A stretch of 64,000 nucleotides of DNA from Antedon mediterranea. Lineage: Eukaryota; Animalia; Echinodermata. The notes under the pieces are model-generated. The model was not told the DNA's origin, did no database searches, and saw only the letters and a program-made list of their open reading frames with translations. Within the stretch, counting starts at the first letter, position 1; every line of letters begins with the position of its first letter. This document shows positions 1-13,777 of this stretch, in pieces. The stretch covers positions 35,040,304 through 35,104,303 of the forward strand of contig NC_092671.1 of the NCBI RefSeq assembly GCF_964355755.1, in the 5' to 3' direction. Position numbers and translations under genes: made by a program.

Positions 1-90
1 AGCTGTTAAGCCACTGCTATCAGCAATAGAGATTGTCTGTACAGTATCTACTGTATATTCTATGAGGTGTTTGTTGTTTTTTTTCTTCAG

Positions 91-209
91 GTGAATCTAT
101 TAGCTCGTCTTGAACAAGTCATAGAGCTTGCTGTTTGTTGTCTAAGTAAGCAAGATCTAAATCCACACGTATTATCAGCTCTTAACCTGATCCTGGACCC
201 AAAGACAAG
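91..209 (+). CDS. Internal exon VNLLARLEQVIELAVCCLSKQDLNPHVLSALNLILDPKT(S), USP9-like
   Basis: tttttcttcag acceptor and AG|gtaagt donor; 119 nt, phase 0-2; resembles recalled USP9X [38 protein letters not shown]. Confidence 0.85.
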
Positions 210-2379
210 GTAAGTAATATCCAATCAATGCCACTTCTGACCGGTTGCGCAAATAGCCTCAATACTTTAGAATTAATCACTTAACTCCCAAATCCTCAGT
301 GCTACTGTAGTCTTCTAATTGCTCTTTTACCTCAGTTCAAGTCTCTGGGGCACAAGCTCAGTCACTACTCTTCCCTCACATATTTTGCTAGTATGATTGC
401 TAACCATTACGCAAATGCTCTAGCCTATTAAATGGGAATGATTTGTATGCGTATTTGATTAAAGTAATATTCAAATTAGTGTTTCTGTATTATTATACAA
501 AAGAAATAGCATATAATTGCTATACTATTTTATGATTGCTCTATAGGCATAATTGTGCATAAAATATTCAATCCAATTTCTACACAATATATAATATGAA
601 TATTATACACAAAAGATAATTTAATATAACATATGAATATTGACAATACACAGTACGTTCATAGGTCACATACAGGATGATAATTGTATAACTATGTACT
701 ATGGAGTAGCTTTGCGTCAGAGAATTAAGTAATTGATCAGATGTTTGCCATACACTGACATAATTAATAGTACTTGAATACTAAATATATTGAGAACAAA
801 AATAAGTAATTCTCAAGTTGGACTCAAACTTACAACCTCCAAATAACTAGCCTATAGCATTTAAACCTCTAAAGTGCTTAGATTAAGCTGATGGCTAGGG
901 GTTAGATTTGAGTTCAAAGAGGCAGCGGGATGTATAACTATACTCGGTGGAGTAGCTTTGCGTCCGTAAGCTAAGTAATTGGTCAGAACTGACCAAAAGT
1001 ACCGTCCGTACCGTGATACAGAAACACGACAAATATTCATAATCATACATCTAACATGGAGAGTCAATGCAAATGTTACACACAAAAATAAATGATATGA
1101 ATGCTCGATATTAACAGATCAATATTACATAACATCGACATTACATTAAGTTTGATATATTGACCTTGAAGTGACATGACTGTCACACTATACAAATAGT
1201 GAATATTAAAAATCCAACTTAATACATTCAAATTAATCAATAAAGATCAAATACATGCTAAAGGGATACTAATTATAAATTTTGACTTTTTTTCAATCTC
1301 AGTCTTTAAATCTTTAAAACTGTTGATACTTTATTACTGATAGTATCATCACTAATAATTATGTACAGTATGCGCCAAGTCTTAGATAGAGTGAGGCTAT
1401 TTGCATGGTCGCCTGGATATGTAAATTAGTATTTTCTATGAGTTCAGTTGACCGTGCCTATAATCTATATTTAGGATGTCTTCTGATGGTGATGATAAGT
1501 TAGTTCAATTTAAAATGTGTTGGTTTCAAATGAAATAAATTGTGATAAATAAAATGTGAATATATTGCTTTAATAAAAAAAAAAATGGATATATTTACAG
1601 AGTTATCAACTTGCTATAAATAATTTTAATAGTCTTGATAAAAAAAAATTCTTGAGGAAATTTCAGTGTGTTTTTATATTTCAGTTTTTTATGCATGACA
1701 TCAAATAGTCATTCTGCACATGTTTCTGAGCTTGCGCAGATTGAATGTCTAATTTGACAGTGTTGTTTGATTGGTGTGTCATGAAAACGAAAGGCCCTAA
1801 CTATGTGTTGACGCGTACCCCGGAACCAGGCCTTTCCTCAGTATGGGTCGAGGATTTTTTTCATATTATTGTCTTTTTCATGGGGTTTTTCATAATAATT
1901 AAGGCCAAATCATAATTTTGTGTTTGTATGTGCAGTATCTCCATTTCCATATGTCCCTAATCGGACCGAATTTCCATAGTAATTATGGACGTTTCGTAGA
2001 ACTATTTGAATGTATAAACTATGATCTTTCTACACATGCTGATATGCTACATGATATGAATGTTTTCAACCTGGCTAGCTGATAAACATTTCAAGTTGGT
2101 GAGTGAATAAGGATGGTGAATCACAGTGTAGAGAGAAACATATCCAATTGGTATTGATTAAAGAACAAGAACGAAAGAAAAAAAACGTAGAAGGCTAATG
2201 TTCTGGTTTATTAAAAGATCAAATTTAAACTGAGCAATTTCCTTTTGGTTATAAACATGGCAATTACAAATTATGTTGTTTAAATTAATAATTTATAAAA
2301 CAAGTTCGTCAGACAATGGTTTTTAGTTTAAACAATTTTTTTTTGTCTTTTTAAAGTAAATTATATATTTTTTTTTTAA

Positions 2380-2483
2380 CAGAAGTAAATAAACTTTATT
2401 AAAACTGCAAAATGGCCTATTTAAAGTCTTATTTTATTAATCTTATTTATTTTTCATGTTTTTGGGGGACAATACATCTTTAA
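2380..2483. mobile_element. Kolobok-like element end, same family as 19074
   Basis: Ends ggggacaatacatct|ttaa; about 100 bp also match ~3895-3990. Confidence 0.7.
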
Positions 2484-2613
2484 TAGAAATTTCTGTATGA
2501 TTGCTTTTAATATAGATTATTGTCCTTTAGCCTCGGTCAATTTGTTCTGCCTGCTCTGTAAAACTATTGAATCTAGCTACAGTAAAGTCCAAAGCTGTTG
2601 AATAGTAAACTAA

Positions 2614-2751
2614 AGCTCTGTCTACACTATCATTATCAAACTAGTTTGACAAAAAAACAATGATACTGGCCAAATATGGTAGTGATATGACATCATCATG
2701 TCCATGGGCACATAACATTTTGTTGTGGCATGTTTGATAGTATAGAGAGCT
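2614..2751 (+). mobile_element. Palindromic MITE family A (PIF/Harbinger-type)
   Basis: TIR AGCTCTGTCTACACTATC; TWA flanks; near-identical copies elsewhere in the window. Confidence 0.85.
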
Positions 2752-2908
2752 TTACCTCATGAATATTAACCCAAGTGTGAACACTGGTGAAAAGTAGGCC
2801 TACCGATTGCCTTGGTTGAATTTCTGCTTATCTAGTCTTAATAAGACTTTTTATTATTATAAAATATATTATTTCATCACACACACACAAAATGACATCC
2901 GAGCCTAA

Positions 2909-3016
2909 AGCTCTGTTTACACTATCACAAAAATAAGTGCCCATACATGGACATGATGATGTCATATCAGTACTATGTGTAGGTGGGAACACACTTTTGA
3001 TAATGTAGGCAGAGCT
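2909..3016 (-). mobile_element. MITE family A, inverted and internally deleted
   Basis: Same TIRs; internal ggacatgatgatgtcatatc is in reverse orientation. Confidence 0.8.
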
Positions 3017-3834
3017 TTAGTTTAGTAATACTGCATATTGTTGCCTAGTATTATTTTTTGCTTTGAAGTGATTATGAAAGGATAGACTTGCTGATACAAA
3101 TTGCTTGCTATATTTATAACCTAAAGCTCTGTGTCGAGAATATTTATGCACTGTCGAACATTAATAATAAATGTACAGTGAAAGTACATTGCTAAGCCTG
3201 GTTCGTTTAATACTGTACTTTGTTTATAATTCACATTACTGTAATTGTTGTTCTTGTATATGCACTAAATATCCTGTTCCTTATTCTTGCCGTTTGTCGT
3301 GATCAATTGTATATTGTTTGCTTGTCTTGTAAATCTACTACTAGTTACTTCATCATAGGTTATTGCTCTTCCTTTATGATTCCTGGCATATAACATAATC
3401 TACTACTCGTCTACATTGATTTTCTAAAGTATTCCTAGTATAAATAAATGCATGCGTCTATAAACATCCTCATTAGTGCCACTACTAATGGCTAATTTCA
3501 ATGATTACTCCTGTGGTTTATTTACTCAAACGGAGCTTCGTCTTACTTACGATATTTGTCCAAATCTATCATTTACTTCTGTTTCTTGGCTGTGTAAATC
3601 GTTCATGAAATTTTAAACGATCATGAATTAAGTCCAAATAAAACAGAACTGTTTAGTTTAATATGATGCAGGGATTTGAAATTATTTTTGTTGAGGGTTT
3701 TAGTATTAGCTGCGAGAATGATGGTTCAAATATTCAGTTGCTATTTTATTACACGCCTCGGAATGCTTGACGACTGTGACTGAAATTTCGATGAATAAAT
3801 AGTTTATGTGGGTTCAAAATTTGATGAGGAGGTT

Positions 3835-3990
3835 TATATTGTCCCCCTATAAAATAAATTTTTTTGTTGAATATGCATTAAAAATGTTTTCCCTGAAGTG
3901 AATAAATTTATTAAAACTGCAAAATGGCCTATTCAAAGTCTGATTCTATTAATCTTTATTTTTCATGTTTTTAAGGATAATACATTTTTA
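3835..3990. mobile_element. Kolobok-like element, deleted copy
   Basis: tattgtcccc...aaaactgcaaaatggcctattcaaagtc...gataatacat. Confidence 0.65.
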
Positions 3991-4508
3991 AATATGTTTT
4001 TATTAGCTTAGCATTCTTTTTCTTTTTTCTTTACATAGACTAGTGGAGCTATTAAACGTTCCTGCCTTCCAATCCCAATGTCTAGGGTTCAATACTTTTT
4101 TTCTTTATCTTGTCTGACAATTCCATTCTAAATATAAATAATGGTTCCTTTTCCAACTTCCTTAAACAGCCTTCTCCCATCTCTCCCCCGCCCCCCTCCT
4201 TTTTTTATTAAAGTATCTGCATCACCTGTGTTTTTAGAATACATAATAACCATGAAATTGATTTAAGGTAATTCAGTTAATAACATAATACAGTATCATA
4301 ATCATAGAACATTATGGTGAATTCATTTGTCACTGACTCCTGTTTAACCTATAGTATTTCAAGGTCAATGAAGATTGTCATTTGGAACAAATTTGCCATG
4401 ATAATCATTGCAGTATATTTGATTGTACAGTAGCAGGTAGTGGTATTTCATCATCATTAGAAAAAATGTAATTAATAACAATAATTACAAAATTGTCAAG
4501 TACATATA

Positions 4509-5500
4509 CAGTAAAACCCCTATTCAGGAGATGCCCCTATTAAAGGGAACCCCTCTATCAAGGGGACACCCCTCATTAAAGATGACACACCTATTCAGGA
4601 GATGCCCCTATTAAGGGAACCCCTCTATCAAGGGGACACCCCTCATTAAAGATGACACACCTATTCAGGAGATGCCCCTATTAAAGGGAACCCCTCATTA
4701 AAGATGACACACCTATTCAGGAGATGCCCCTATTAAGGGAACCCCTCTATCAAGGGGACACCCCTCATTAAAGATGACACACCTATTCAGGAGATGCTTC
4801 TATTAAGGGAACCCCTCTATCAAGGGGACACCCCTCATTAAAGATGATACACCTATTCAGGAGATGCCCCTATTAAGGGAACCCCTCTATCAAGGGGACA
4901 CCCCTCATTAAAGATGATACACCTATTCAGGAGATTCCCCTATTAAGGGAACCCCTCTATCAAGGGAACACCCCTCATCAAAGATGACACACCTATTCAG
5001 GAGATGCCCCTATTAAGGGAACCCCTCTATCAAGGGGACACCCCTCATTAAATGGATACCCCTATTGGTGCAATATACTGTATGTTTTAACTAACTACAG
5101 CCAACCCCTATTCAGAGCACAGTAGAATTTCTTCCTTGCAATATTCCTTTTCTATATTAGAAGGACACTTTCTTGTGAAGTGAACGAGACGCAATGTTAT
5201 AACACTACAACCCTTATTCAGAGCACAGTAGAACTTCTACCTTGGGATATTCCTTTTCAGACGATACCTCTATTATTAATATGGAAACACTTTCTTGTGA
5301 AGTGAACGAGATGCAATAAATGGTATAAACACTACAAGAACAACCCTTATTCAGAGCACAGTCTAGAACTTCTACCTTGGGATATTCCTATTTACAGGAC
5401 ACCTCCATATAATTAGGGGTACACTTTCTTGTGAAGTGAATGAGGTGCAATGTATATTTTAACACTACAGCCAACCCCTACTCAGGAGACACCCCTCCCC
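4509..5500 (+). repeat. 70-bp minisatellite (~8 units, 4517-5066) plus a ~120-bp repeat (~3.5 units), inside a TA|CAGT-terminated pogo/Tc1-like MITE (family C)
   Basis: Starts ta|cagtaaaacccctattcagg; period 70 (4591, 4661) built from four 16-19 bp subunits. Confidence 0.85.
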
Positions 5501-5597
5501 TCCCCCCCCCCCCTTTTAAAAAAAAGGACCAGAATAGGATGTCTTATTTAAATACCCTCAAGTTTGTAGAGTACAAGCAACTAGTTCTTGATTTTTT

Positions 5598-5781
5598 CTT
5601 AATGAGGGTGGATCTATCCAGCAATTGCTGATCATTAGGGACCCTCAGAGGTTCACAAGACAAACATAGTGGGTTTGAGTTGTAATTTTGTCATTAGAAA
5701 AAATCCTGACATGTGATGGGACTTCAACCCAGCACCCTTAGAGTGGGTAGCCAAGCATCATAACCACTAAGCCACAACTCC
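5598..5781 (-). mobile_element. tRNA-derived SINE family 2
   Basis: Reverse complement of the 21771 copy with an internal deletion. Confidence 0.8.
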
Positions 5782-7229
5782 TCTTATTGCGTCTTGATTG
5801 TACTATAATGTGCAACAGAATTTGATTGGATTTGATTTATTTCATTTTCAGAACAAATCTGTGAATTACCATTTACTACATATTGTGGATTTAGAAATAC
5901 CAATGAAAAAATATACATAGAAAAAAATTTAATTTCTTTCTCAAGTAGAGCGTGCTCAGTCGAGCAAGAAATAGATTTATCGGTGTTTGTTCAATTTACT
6001 CACGTCATCCGATAGGGGATTGTTGCCACGGCAATTTAACATCCGTTACCAATCTTCTAAATTGTATACTTACCTTATAGACTAAACTGATAAACTTATT
6101 GATGCATGTAATTTGACCTCTCACTAGACGTTAATAGGTTTTTGACCTTCGTCTTTCCAAAAATCACAATCCAGCAATTATGATGGTAATGTGTAATACT
6201 GCAGTAGCACAACAATGATTCTAGTAATTAATTTTTAAGTTTACAAATTATTAATTTTGTTCATACTTTTATTAGTATTACCACTAGCCAGTGGGCATGC
6301 ATGAGTTTTAGTACAGTACTTGCCGTGTATTAGTAAGCGAACTTTTGGCTACTTTAGTAAACAAACTACCAAAATGTTCGAATCGAAACAGGCCTTTTAG
6401 TAAACCAGAGATACACATTTTTTATTTAACCGTGTTAATTTTGTTCTTTCTAAACATAATCAAAGATTTCAAACTATGATTTTTTAAATGATCGTGGCAA
6501 ATCGCTAACCTGATGCATTTGATTTACATCATGTCGAAATTCAATGATGCATTGTGTTCACATCGTGTCACGAAATCCATACCATTGAAATGTTGCGCTC
6601 TACTATTTTCATAGTGGATTATCTGTGCCGCATATTGCTGTCAAACAACTCTCCAAAGTACTTTATATTTTAGTACATGTAGATTACATCTGACCTATGC
6701 TGCAGACAAAACATTCGTAATACTCATTACAGCACATTTATCGTTGATGTAAACACATATTACATGTAATGACATTTCCAATTACTAAGGAAACATGAAT
6801 TATTTCCCATGAAATGCTTTTACCAATTCATTGTAAACAAATAAATTAACACCACAGTATCATCAGATACTCATACTAAGAGCTAAATCATTTTATTTTG
6901 TGTTTTTCCACAAATAAAATGATTGTGTAAATTATTAATTAAATAAAAACATTTTGATATTGAAATTTTCATCATAATCAAACAAAAATTCATCTTTTTT
7001 TGTTTTTAAACTTTTGTGTCAAACTTTAAGAGAAATATAAATACTAAAAATAAATACAAAACTTCATAAAAAAAATGTTGTTTTAAAAATGATTATGAAT
7101 GTTTTAGAAAATGGATTTAAAAAGGTATAACATGAAAATGTGCTATTGTATTAACTTTTGTATACTACAAGTTTTATGTATTGTGATATCAATTTTAAAG
7201 TACACTTTATTTTTTTATTTTATTTTCAG

Positions 7230-7272
7230 CATCCACAGTTTTTCCAAGGCTACCTCTTCTGGGTATAAAAAG
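7230..7272 (+). CDS. Internal exon (S)IHSFSKATSSGYKK
   Basis: Long T tract + cag acceptor, AAG|gtaagt donor; 43 nt, phase 2-0 fits the previous exon; SIH aligns with USP9X KFH. Confidence 0.8.
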
Positions 7273-7509
7273 GTAAGTACGAATCCTGACGGAGATAATA
7301 AATGTTCATCTTTTAATATGCGGTTACGAGATTATTGCGAGCCTTGCAAACGCATGAACCAGCGAGCCAACACAGTTGGCATATATTTTTTCATGAGATT
7401 TACAAAATAGTTTAGTTTAATCATGGAGGACTAAATTTAGTTCTAAACTATGGTTTAATTTAATATTTTTTCGGTTGAGAAAGACTTCGGGGAGTTAAAG
7501 ATAGAGGTA

Positions 7510-7718
7510 GTACTTATTATTGCCCTCAAGCTTGACTGAAACCTGAGGAAATTCGGATTAGGCTCTCTACAAATTCATGCCAGCCAGCAGTGCAGTATCT
7601 ACCAGAACACTGTGAGATGATCCTCTACTCTTTTTAGAATACTGTCAGACTAAATTAACATGCATTAACTTCGGTGATCAGACGAGTACCAGTTTTTCAG
7701 CTTATCATGGCATTATAC
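7510..7718 (-). mobile_element. SINE-like remnant: 5S rRNA-derived 5' piece (7661-7718) joined to a Deu-like 3' core and tail
   Basis: Minus strand GCCATGATAAGCTGAAAAACTGGTACTCGTCTGATCACCGAAGTTAA resembles the 5' half of 5S rRNA; the remainder matches 18297-18415. Confidence 0.7.
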
Positions 7719-7799
7719 TATGAGACTTAGATTATGTCAATGTGTATGTTTATACAAAATTTATCTACCGTGCATCATTTGCCAGTAACTGTAGGATAA

Positions 7800-7944
7800 T
7801 GCTTGGTTCCCACTAGAGACGCAACACAACAATGTAACGCACCATAAGGGATTTGACCAATCACAAGCGATGGATTTATTCGACTGTCGCTTGTCATTGG
7901 TCAACTCGATTGCATTGCCGTTGCGTCCTAGTGGGAACCAAGCT
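7800..7944. mobile_element. Palindromic MITE family B (Harbinger-type)
   Basis: TIR GCTTGGTTCCCACTAG...CTAGTGGGAACCAAGC, internal inverted ttgaccaatcacaagcga, TAA flanks. Confidence 0.85.
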
Positions 7945-8563
7945 TAAGTGATTAGTGAACTTTCCGCCATATTCTATACTATTAAGGATATAACAATTTT
8001 GAGGTTACTTAATAATAATGGTAAATCTCATTTCATTAATCCCTTTGGAATTAAAAAAAATTGTACATTTTGTAAGCTGATACCATTGAACGGTATTAAA
8101 TCCGCTTAGGTAGTCAACTAGGGTAATGTATGCTTTTATGATGTGTAATTTTATGAAGTAATAATAATAATAAGCACATTATAATGGTCCCTTAATGGGA
8201 TATTCTTTGAAAAATTCCCAATTGTGTCGTCTGGTACCAAAATGAAGTACAATGGGTTAGTTCCTTTATACAACAGTGCTAACATATATAGGAGTTTATA
8301 GTTATGTATCCTAAACCATTATCACTATTTATTATCGATATGTACTACAGTATGTCTGTGAACTGGCCTAGTTATGGATTTGGGTCGTAATAAATTTATC
8401 TGTCTATGATCCTTTGTAATATACTTTAAGTGCAATTCTATTTATCATGGTTACCTGGTGCTATAAAAGCATGTTTTTTTTAGCCATTTGATGCTTCAAC
8501 TTTATTGATGGTACAAACAGTCTACCATGTATATATGTGATGATCGCAAATGCTGGAGAGCCA

Positions 8564-8790
8564 CATTGATCAACCACTGAGCTGAGCTGTTAAGGCGGTG
8601 GAACCATAATTACGTAGCCATAACAACGGCAAGGGTTCGAGACTAGCTTGCTCCATGGTTTTGGTGGTAGAACAATCATTGATCAACCAATGCCTAGCGG
8701 TTAAGACAGTGGAACCATAATTATGTAGCCATAACATCGGCAAGGGTTCGAGACTCGCTCGCTCCATGGTTCTGGTGCAAGAACAAGTTT
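8564..8790 (+). mobile_element. Two tandem SINE heads (~113-bp period), same family as 62331
   Basis: gttaagrcrgtggaaccataattaygtagccataaca.cggcaagggttcgagact occurs twice. Confidence 0.85.
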
Positions 8791-9145
8791 CCTCCTTTAT
8801 CCTTCTCTGACTAGGAATTAACCTGCTAAACATATTGTTCCTTGTTTGTTTCACAGAAAAATGTCCCCTTTAACAGACTGTCCTTTATACTACAGTAATA
8901 GTGTAAATGTATAGTGTCTGTATAATACCATCGAAAGGGCGAGGCACAAAGGACATCATGGATGTGAATTGTGCTGGGCAGAGATGGGCACTATACTACC
9001 TTCAAAGTCTCCACCCAGCTAGCCTAAAGATTAGTTTAAAGCCTTCCACCCAGACTATATTTAACATAGCTCAGACTCAAGAAAACTCAGGGTATCTTTA
9101 TTTCCTCATGTGCAACCCGTATTTTTGTTTAGCTCTATTAGCTGC

Positions 9146-9254
9146 CAGTGGCTTAACACAGGTTGAAAGGCCCCTGGTTTAGCACTCCTAAGGGGCCTCA
9201 AACTCTGGGGCCCCTGGGTTTAACGAGTGAGTGTTTATAGACGTTACGACACTG
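9146..9254. mobile_element. hAT-like MITE family D
   Basis: CAGTGGCTTAAC...GTTACGACACTG TIRs with subterminal ggcccctg(g)gttta motifs. Confidence 0.7.
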
Positions 9255-10221
9255 GTTACTGCCTTGAATGCTGTCGTCTTACAGTGTTTATGATTACATT
9301 ATTTGATTGTTTACAATGCCCCAGTTAAGACTGGGTTACTAGCTATTGATCACCTCTTATTTATATTTATTTTAGAGTTTTATTGTAGCTTTGTGCTGTA
9401 ATTCATTGCAAACAGTTTGACTGTTACAACTATCAGCTGAGATGTCAACGACTTGCTGTTTGTATCATGCAGATGTTTTTCCTCCAAAAGCATATGAACT
9501 ATGAACTTATAATGTGATTAGGTTATTGACATTAAATATGTGTTATGAGAGAGACAAGTATTATGAATGAGTCTACTTTGTAGGCAGTAGCCAGACTATG
9601 GTAATCTCCTTATTATTGCCATTCCATCGAATATCGTTAATAATTTTAATCAAATAAAATTAAGTATTTCCAAGAAATTATCTATTTGAAATATGATATT
9701 ATTAAAGCTTTTGTATTTTAAATTATAATTGTTGTATTAATATTTTGTTTTCTATTATAGCTGTTGATTTCCGTAGAACATTCTGCGCAAAGTGAATGAC
9801 TATTAGACTCAATAGCTGCACAGAGAACAAAACACAGATAAACACAAATCTAAAATTAAATTTCACACAAATAGAAACCGCAGGTCCCACAGAGGTCTGG
9901 TTTTTCATTTCTTCTTGCAAACTTTTTAAGTTTATAAACCTGTTAAAGATCAGTTCTATGTTTTAAAAGGTTTGTTTTTCTTTAATATTGTGAGACTATT
10001 GTAAAAATATGGTATTAAATCCGTTCTTTCATTTTAGATAGAAAGTGCCCATAGTAGTAGGATTACATTACAAAAGGCCTCTTTGTTTTAATTTTAAACT
10101 TGACTTCTGTGTCGATTATCATACTAGTATTGTTTCCTTTATTTCCTGGTTCAGAATTGATTCTAATCCAAATTCGCATTTTGTGTACATGTCTCTCATC
10201 TACGAGGAAATAATTTTTCGT

Positions 10222-10560
10222 TTTAACTGCTGTATTGAAATTTTTTACTTATAAACCATAATTCTAGGTTCAAATCTACCACAAGTTTTCTTATTTATTG
10301 AATATATAGACTGGTCCCAAAACAAGAATCCTTTACATACATACTGTACATGTCATCGTCTTAACTGCTGTATTGACATTTTTTACTTAAATCATAATTA
10401 TAGGGACGAATCCACCACAGGTTTTTTTATATTTTATTGAATTTGATATCATAGGCTGGTCCCTAAACAAGACTTCTTTACATACTGTACATCATCCACT
10501 GCTGTATTGACATTTGTTACTTAAGCCATAATTCTAAGTACGAATCCACCACAAGTTTTT
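10222..10560. repeat. ~135-140-bp tandem repeat, ~2.5 units
   Basis: actgctgtattga..ttacttaa..cataattcta..aatccaccaca recurs three times. Confidence 0.8.
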
Positions 10561-11891
10561 TTACTTTTTTTTTTCTCTTTTGTGGCGTTAACCACTATTT
10601 TATTCATTTCATTCTCAAATGATCAATACAATGATTTTACACTTCATCCAAATATATATTCCCTCGTTATTCTGTTCTGTTATTTTCTTGTACTTTCTTT
10701 TATCTTTAGTACGATTTGATCGAAACGATTCGGTCAAATATATATATATATACTTTATACTTTTATATGTATTATCCACTTTTTTCATTATTTTCTTTTA
10801 TTTTAACTATTCCTTTCTACAATAGGTCTATGTCTCTGTGCAAAACACACAAGTGCATATATTCGAGTACATGATTGCACACATGCATACATACATACCC
10901 ACGACAAAGGTATATAAATAAATAAATATTTACAATATATAAAATGCAATACAATTATTATTCTTAATTCTTTTTTTTTTTTTTTTTTTTTACAATAAGA
11001 ACATAAATAAAAATATAAAATTCAAATAATTATAGTAAGCTTAAAAAAAAAAATGAATACGATAGGCTGGTCCCTAAACAAGAGTCTATATGTATTACAT
11101 TTTCTCTTGGTTGATATTTTGATTCTTATATAATTAATAATAGGCGATTGTAGGTAAATTGATGTAATAAATAATAGGTGCCATTCTTCCTGTAATTTAA
11201 TTAGTTTGTACTCTATTTCTTGTCATCGTTTATTTTCTGATAAACTAATATTAATTATTAAGTGACTTCCATGGTTGTATTTGCCTGATGAATTATTCAT
11301 GAATCAAGGTATATCACAATATACCTGTAATCTATTTATAAAAGGATATGGCAACTTTGCATTCAGGTAACATATGTCAAGTCTTGTTAAATGTTTTTGT
11401 TTATATTTTAATGTTGAGGAGATATTAAGAGGGTTATAGCCTAACCCTTAGAGCCCTAATGGGAAGATGTGCAGTTTTCTGCCTAAAGAGACCAGCAGCG
11501 GAAGTAATGGTATATAGGCCTTAAAGCTAGCCTAGCTTTCAGCTTTTTAGTGTATAATGTGTAAAACATTTAAATTTTTAAAAAAAATTAAAAAATGAAT
11601 ATGAAAATTTGGATCTGAAAGGCCACAAAACATCAACTGGAAACTGATTTGATTATTGAGAATGAATATATTATGTTAAACACAATAGCTAATCGGCGTC
11701 ATTCATTCCCAAAATAAATTATCTTAAATTATGGAATCATTGTCCTAAAAAGTTCTGTATAATCTAGCTTTATTGTTTATCTTTTTGTATAGTTTCTTTG
11801 TTTCGATGTTCATTAGAACATGAAGGGTTTGAAATCTGAACAATAAGATCATTATCTATCAAAATAAATCATCTCCAAGAAATGGATGTAA

Positions 11892-12185
11892 AGCTCTGTC
11901 TACACTATCAAACTAGTTTGACAAAAAAAATGGTAGTTTAAATATTCATCAGTAGTGATATGACATCATCATGTAATTTTTGTGTTTGAACACAGAACAA
12001 ACCGCAGTAAACCATAGGTTATTAAGCCCTGTCTACACTATCAAACTAGTTTGACAAAAAAAGTGTGATGTGCCCAAATATGGTAGTGATATTTCCAAAT
12101 ATGGTAGTGATATGACACCATCATGTCCATATATGGGCACATCACATTTTTTTGTCACATAAAGTTTTATAGTGTAGACAAGGCT
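11892..12185 (+). mobile_element. MITE family A: half copy (11892-~11975) and full copy (12025-12185)
   Basis: Full copy has TIRs and a TTA/TTA target-site duplication. Confidence 0.9.
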
Positions 12186-12395
12186 TTAGGTTCTTTTAAA
12201 ATAATATTTTATCATTTTTTCTTCATAAAAACAAATTGCATATTCAGATTTAACATCAGTTCAGTAGACCAAAAACTACAGTATATCGCATAAAAACGAT
12301 AAATAAAAAAATAGTAATTATAGTTATTACTAATTTTTTCAGAAAGACAGAAATGTTTTACAATTTTTTTAAATAATTCATATTTTCTTCAGTGG

Positions 12396-12737
12396 ATTGG
12401 CAGATTTCTTTGTAAATTTGTTTAACCTTGTACACATTTGGACCCACATAACAATACACTCCTGATGTCGTTTGGGTTCATTAGAGTATTTATTGAATAT
12501 CATGTGACCAACAATCCTCCATCCAAATGACAAAGATAATACTTTAATAGGTGTAATATAACTTCAGAGCATTGGCAGATTTCTTTGTAAGTTTGCAAGA
12601 AACATTGTAAATTGTACAAAATGTGCACCCACATAACAAAAAATACACCCCTGATGTCGTTTGGGTTCATTAAAGTATTTATTGAACATCATGTGACCAA
12701 CAATCCTCCAAGATAATACTTTAGGTGTAATATAACA
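12396..12737. repeat. ~175-bp direct duplication
   Basis: attggcagatttctttgtaa...cctgatgtcgtttgggttcatta...ggtgtaatataac occurs twice. Confidence 0.85.
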
Positions 12738-13420
12738 TGATATATTATCTTGTAATTTCAAGTCCATAATTACTTGTTGTAAATTGTCTGGTCTATTAAT
12801 TACTATACATCTTTTGCAATGACATAAATATCAACCTCAGACAATATCTGCAGACATATCTTGGATGCGATGTAGGGCTCGATGAAATTACGATTCAAGT
12901 AACTGATGACCTCTATCTACATTAAGCGCAATGATGACAAATGTTATGACCATAGTGCGTGTGGTGTACAGACACCTCTAAGCTAGTTAACCTTTTACCG
13001 AGTTGCAAGATCACTATAGAGCTTAATATTTGATTAATTTTACAGACCAATTTACATGCAATTTTAAACAGACATCCTTTAGTATTATTCCATTGTAGGC
13101 AATTTATTGTCAAGAATTGCCAAGAGTGAATTTGATGAGTGTTCCCAATATACAGGAGACAATACTGTACATTAATAGTTACAAACACGCTAGCAACTCT
13201 AATAGGTAAATGGAGATGTGTTATTTAAAAAAAATCTGACAGGATTTTAACCTAGTACCCTGGATCAGTAACTTATCAAAATCTTTTCAATTTCTGACAT
13301 CAGACAAGATTTGAACATTGGTCTCTGGAATCGGTAACCGACCATCAAAACCACATGCAATAGTACTACTTTTAGTAAAAATTAAATGATTAATATTAAC
13401 TCCTTGCCTATTTGTTATAG

Positions 13421-13430
13421 GGTAATAATG
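13421..13430 (+). CDS. Candidate 10-nt microexon GNN(A)
   Basis: Branch-like ttaac, pyrimidine tract, tag acceptor, G|gtaagg donor; phase 0-1 is what the 17916 exon needs. Confidence 0.4.
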
Positions 13431-13623
13431 GTAAGGAATATTGGACTAGAGGGGGAGACAAGATTTGAGACCCATCTATGCCATGTATTTTATATATATT
13501 GTACAGTTTTTATCAAATTAACTAATTGAATGCCAATAAAGTGAGTAATTTCTTAATAAAATTTGTACATTTTTGCTATATGAATATCGTAGTAAACACA
13601 GTAAAATGCTCATCACTCTGTAA

Positions 13624-13777
13624 AGCTGTCTACACTATCAAACTAGTTTGACAAAAAAGTGTGATGTGCCCAAATATGGTAGATATGCCCAAATATGGTA
13701 GTGATATGACATCATCATGTCCATATGGGCAAATCACATTTTGTTGTCACATAAAGTTTGATAGTGAAGACAGAGCT
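13624..13777 (+). mobile_element. MITE family A
   Basis: TIRs with TAA/TAA TSD. Confidence 0.9.

Noticed and set aside
7661-7718. Functional 5S rRNA gene
   Set aside because: Only the diverged 5' half is present; no C box or terminator.
10826-10909. Possible 84-nt phase 0-0 exon (VYVSVQNTQV...PTTK)
   Set aside because: Open and AG/GT-bounded, but made of simple CA/CATA-rich sequence with a weak donor and no likeness to the USP9 region; cannot be excluded without RNA data.
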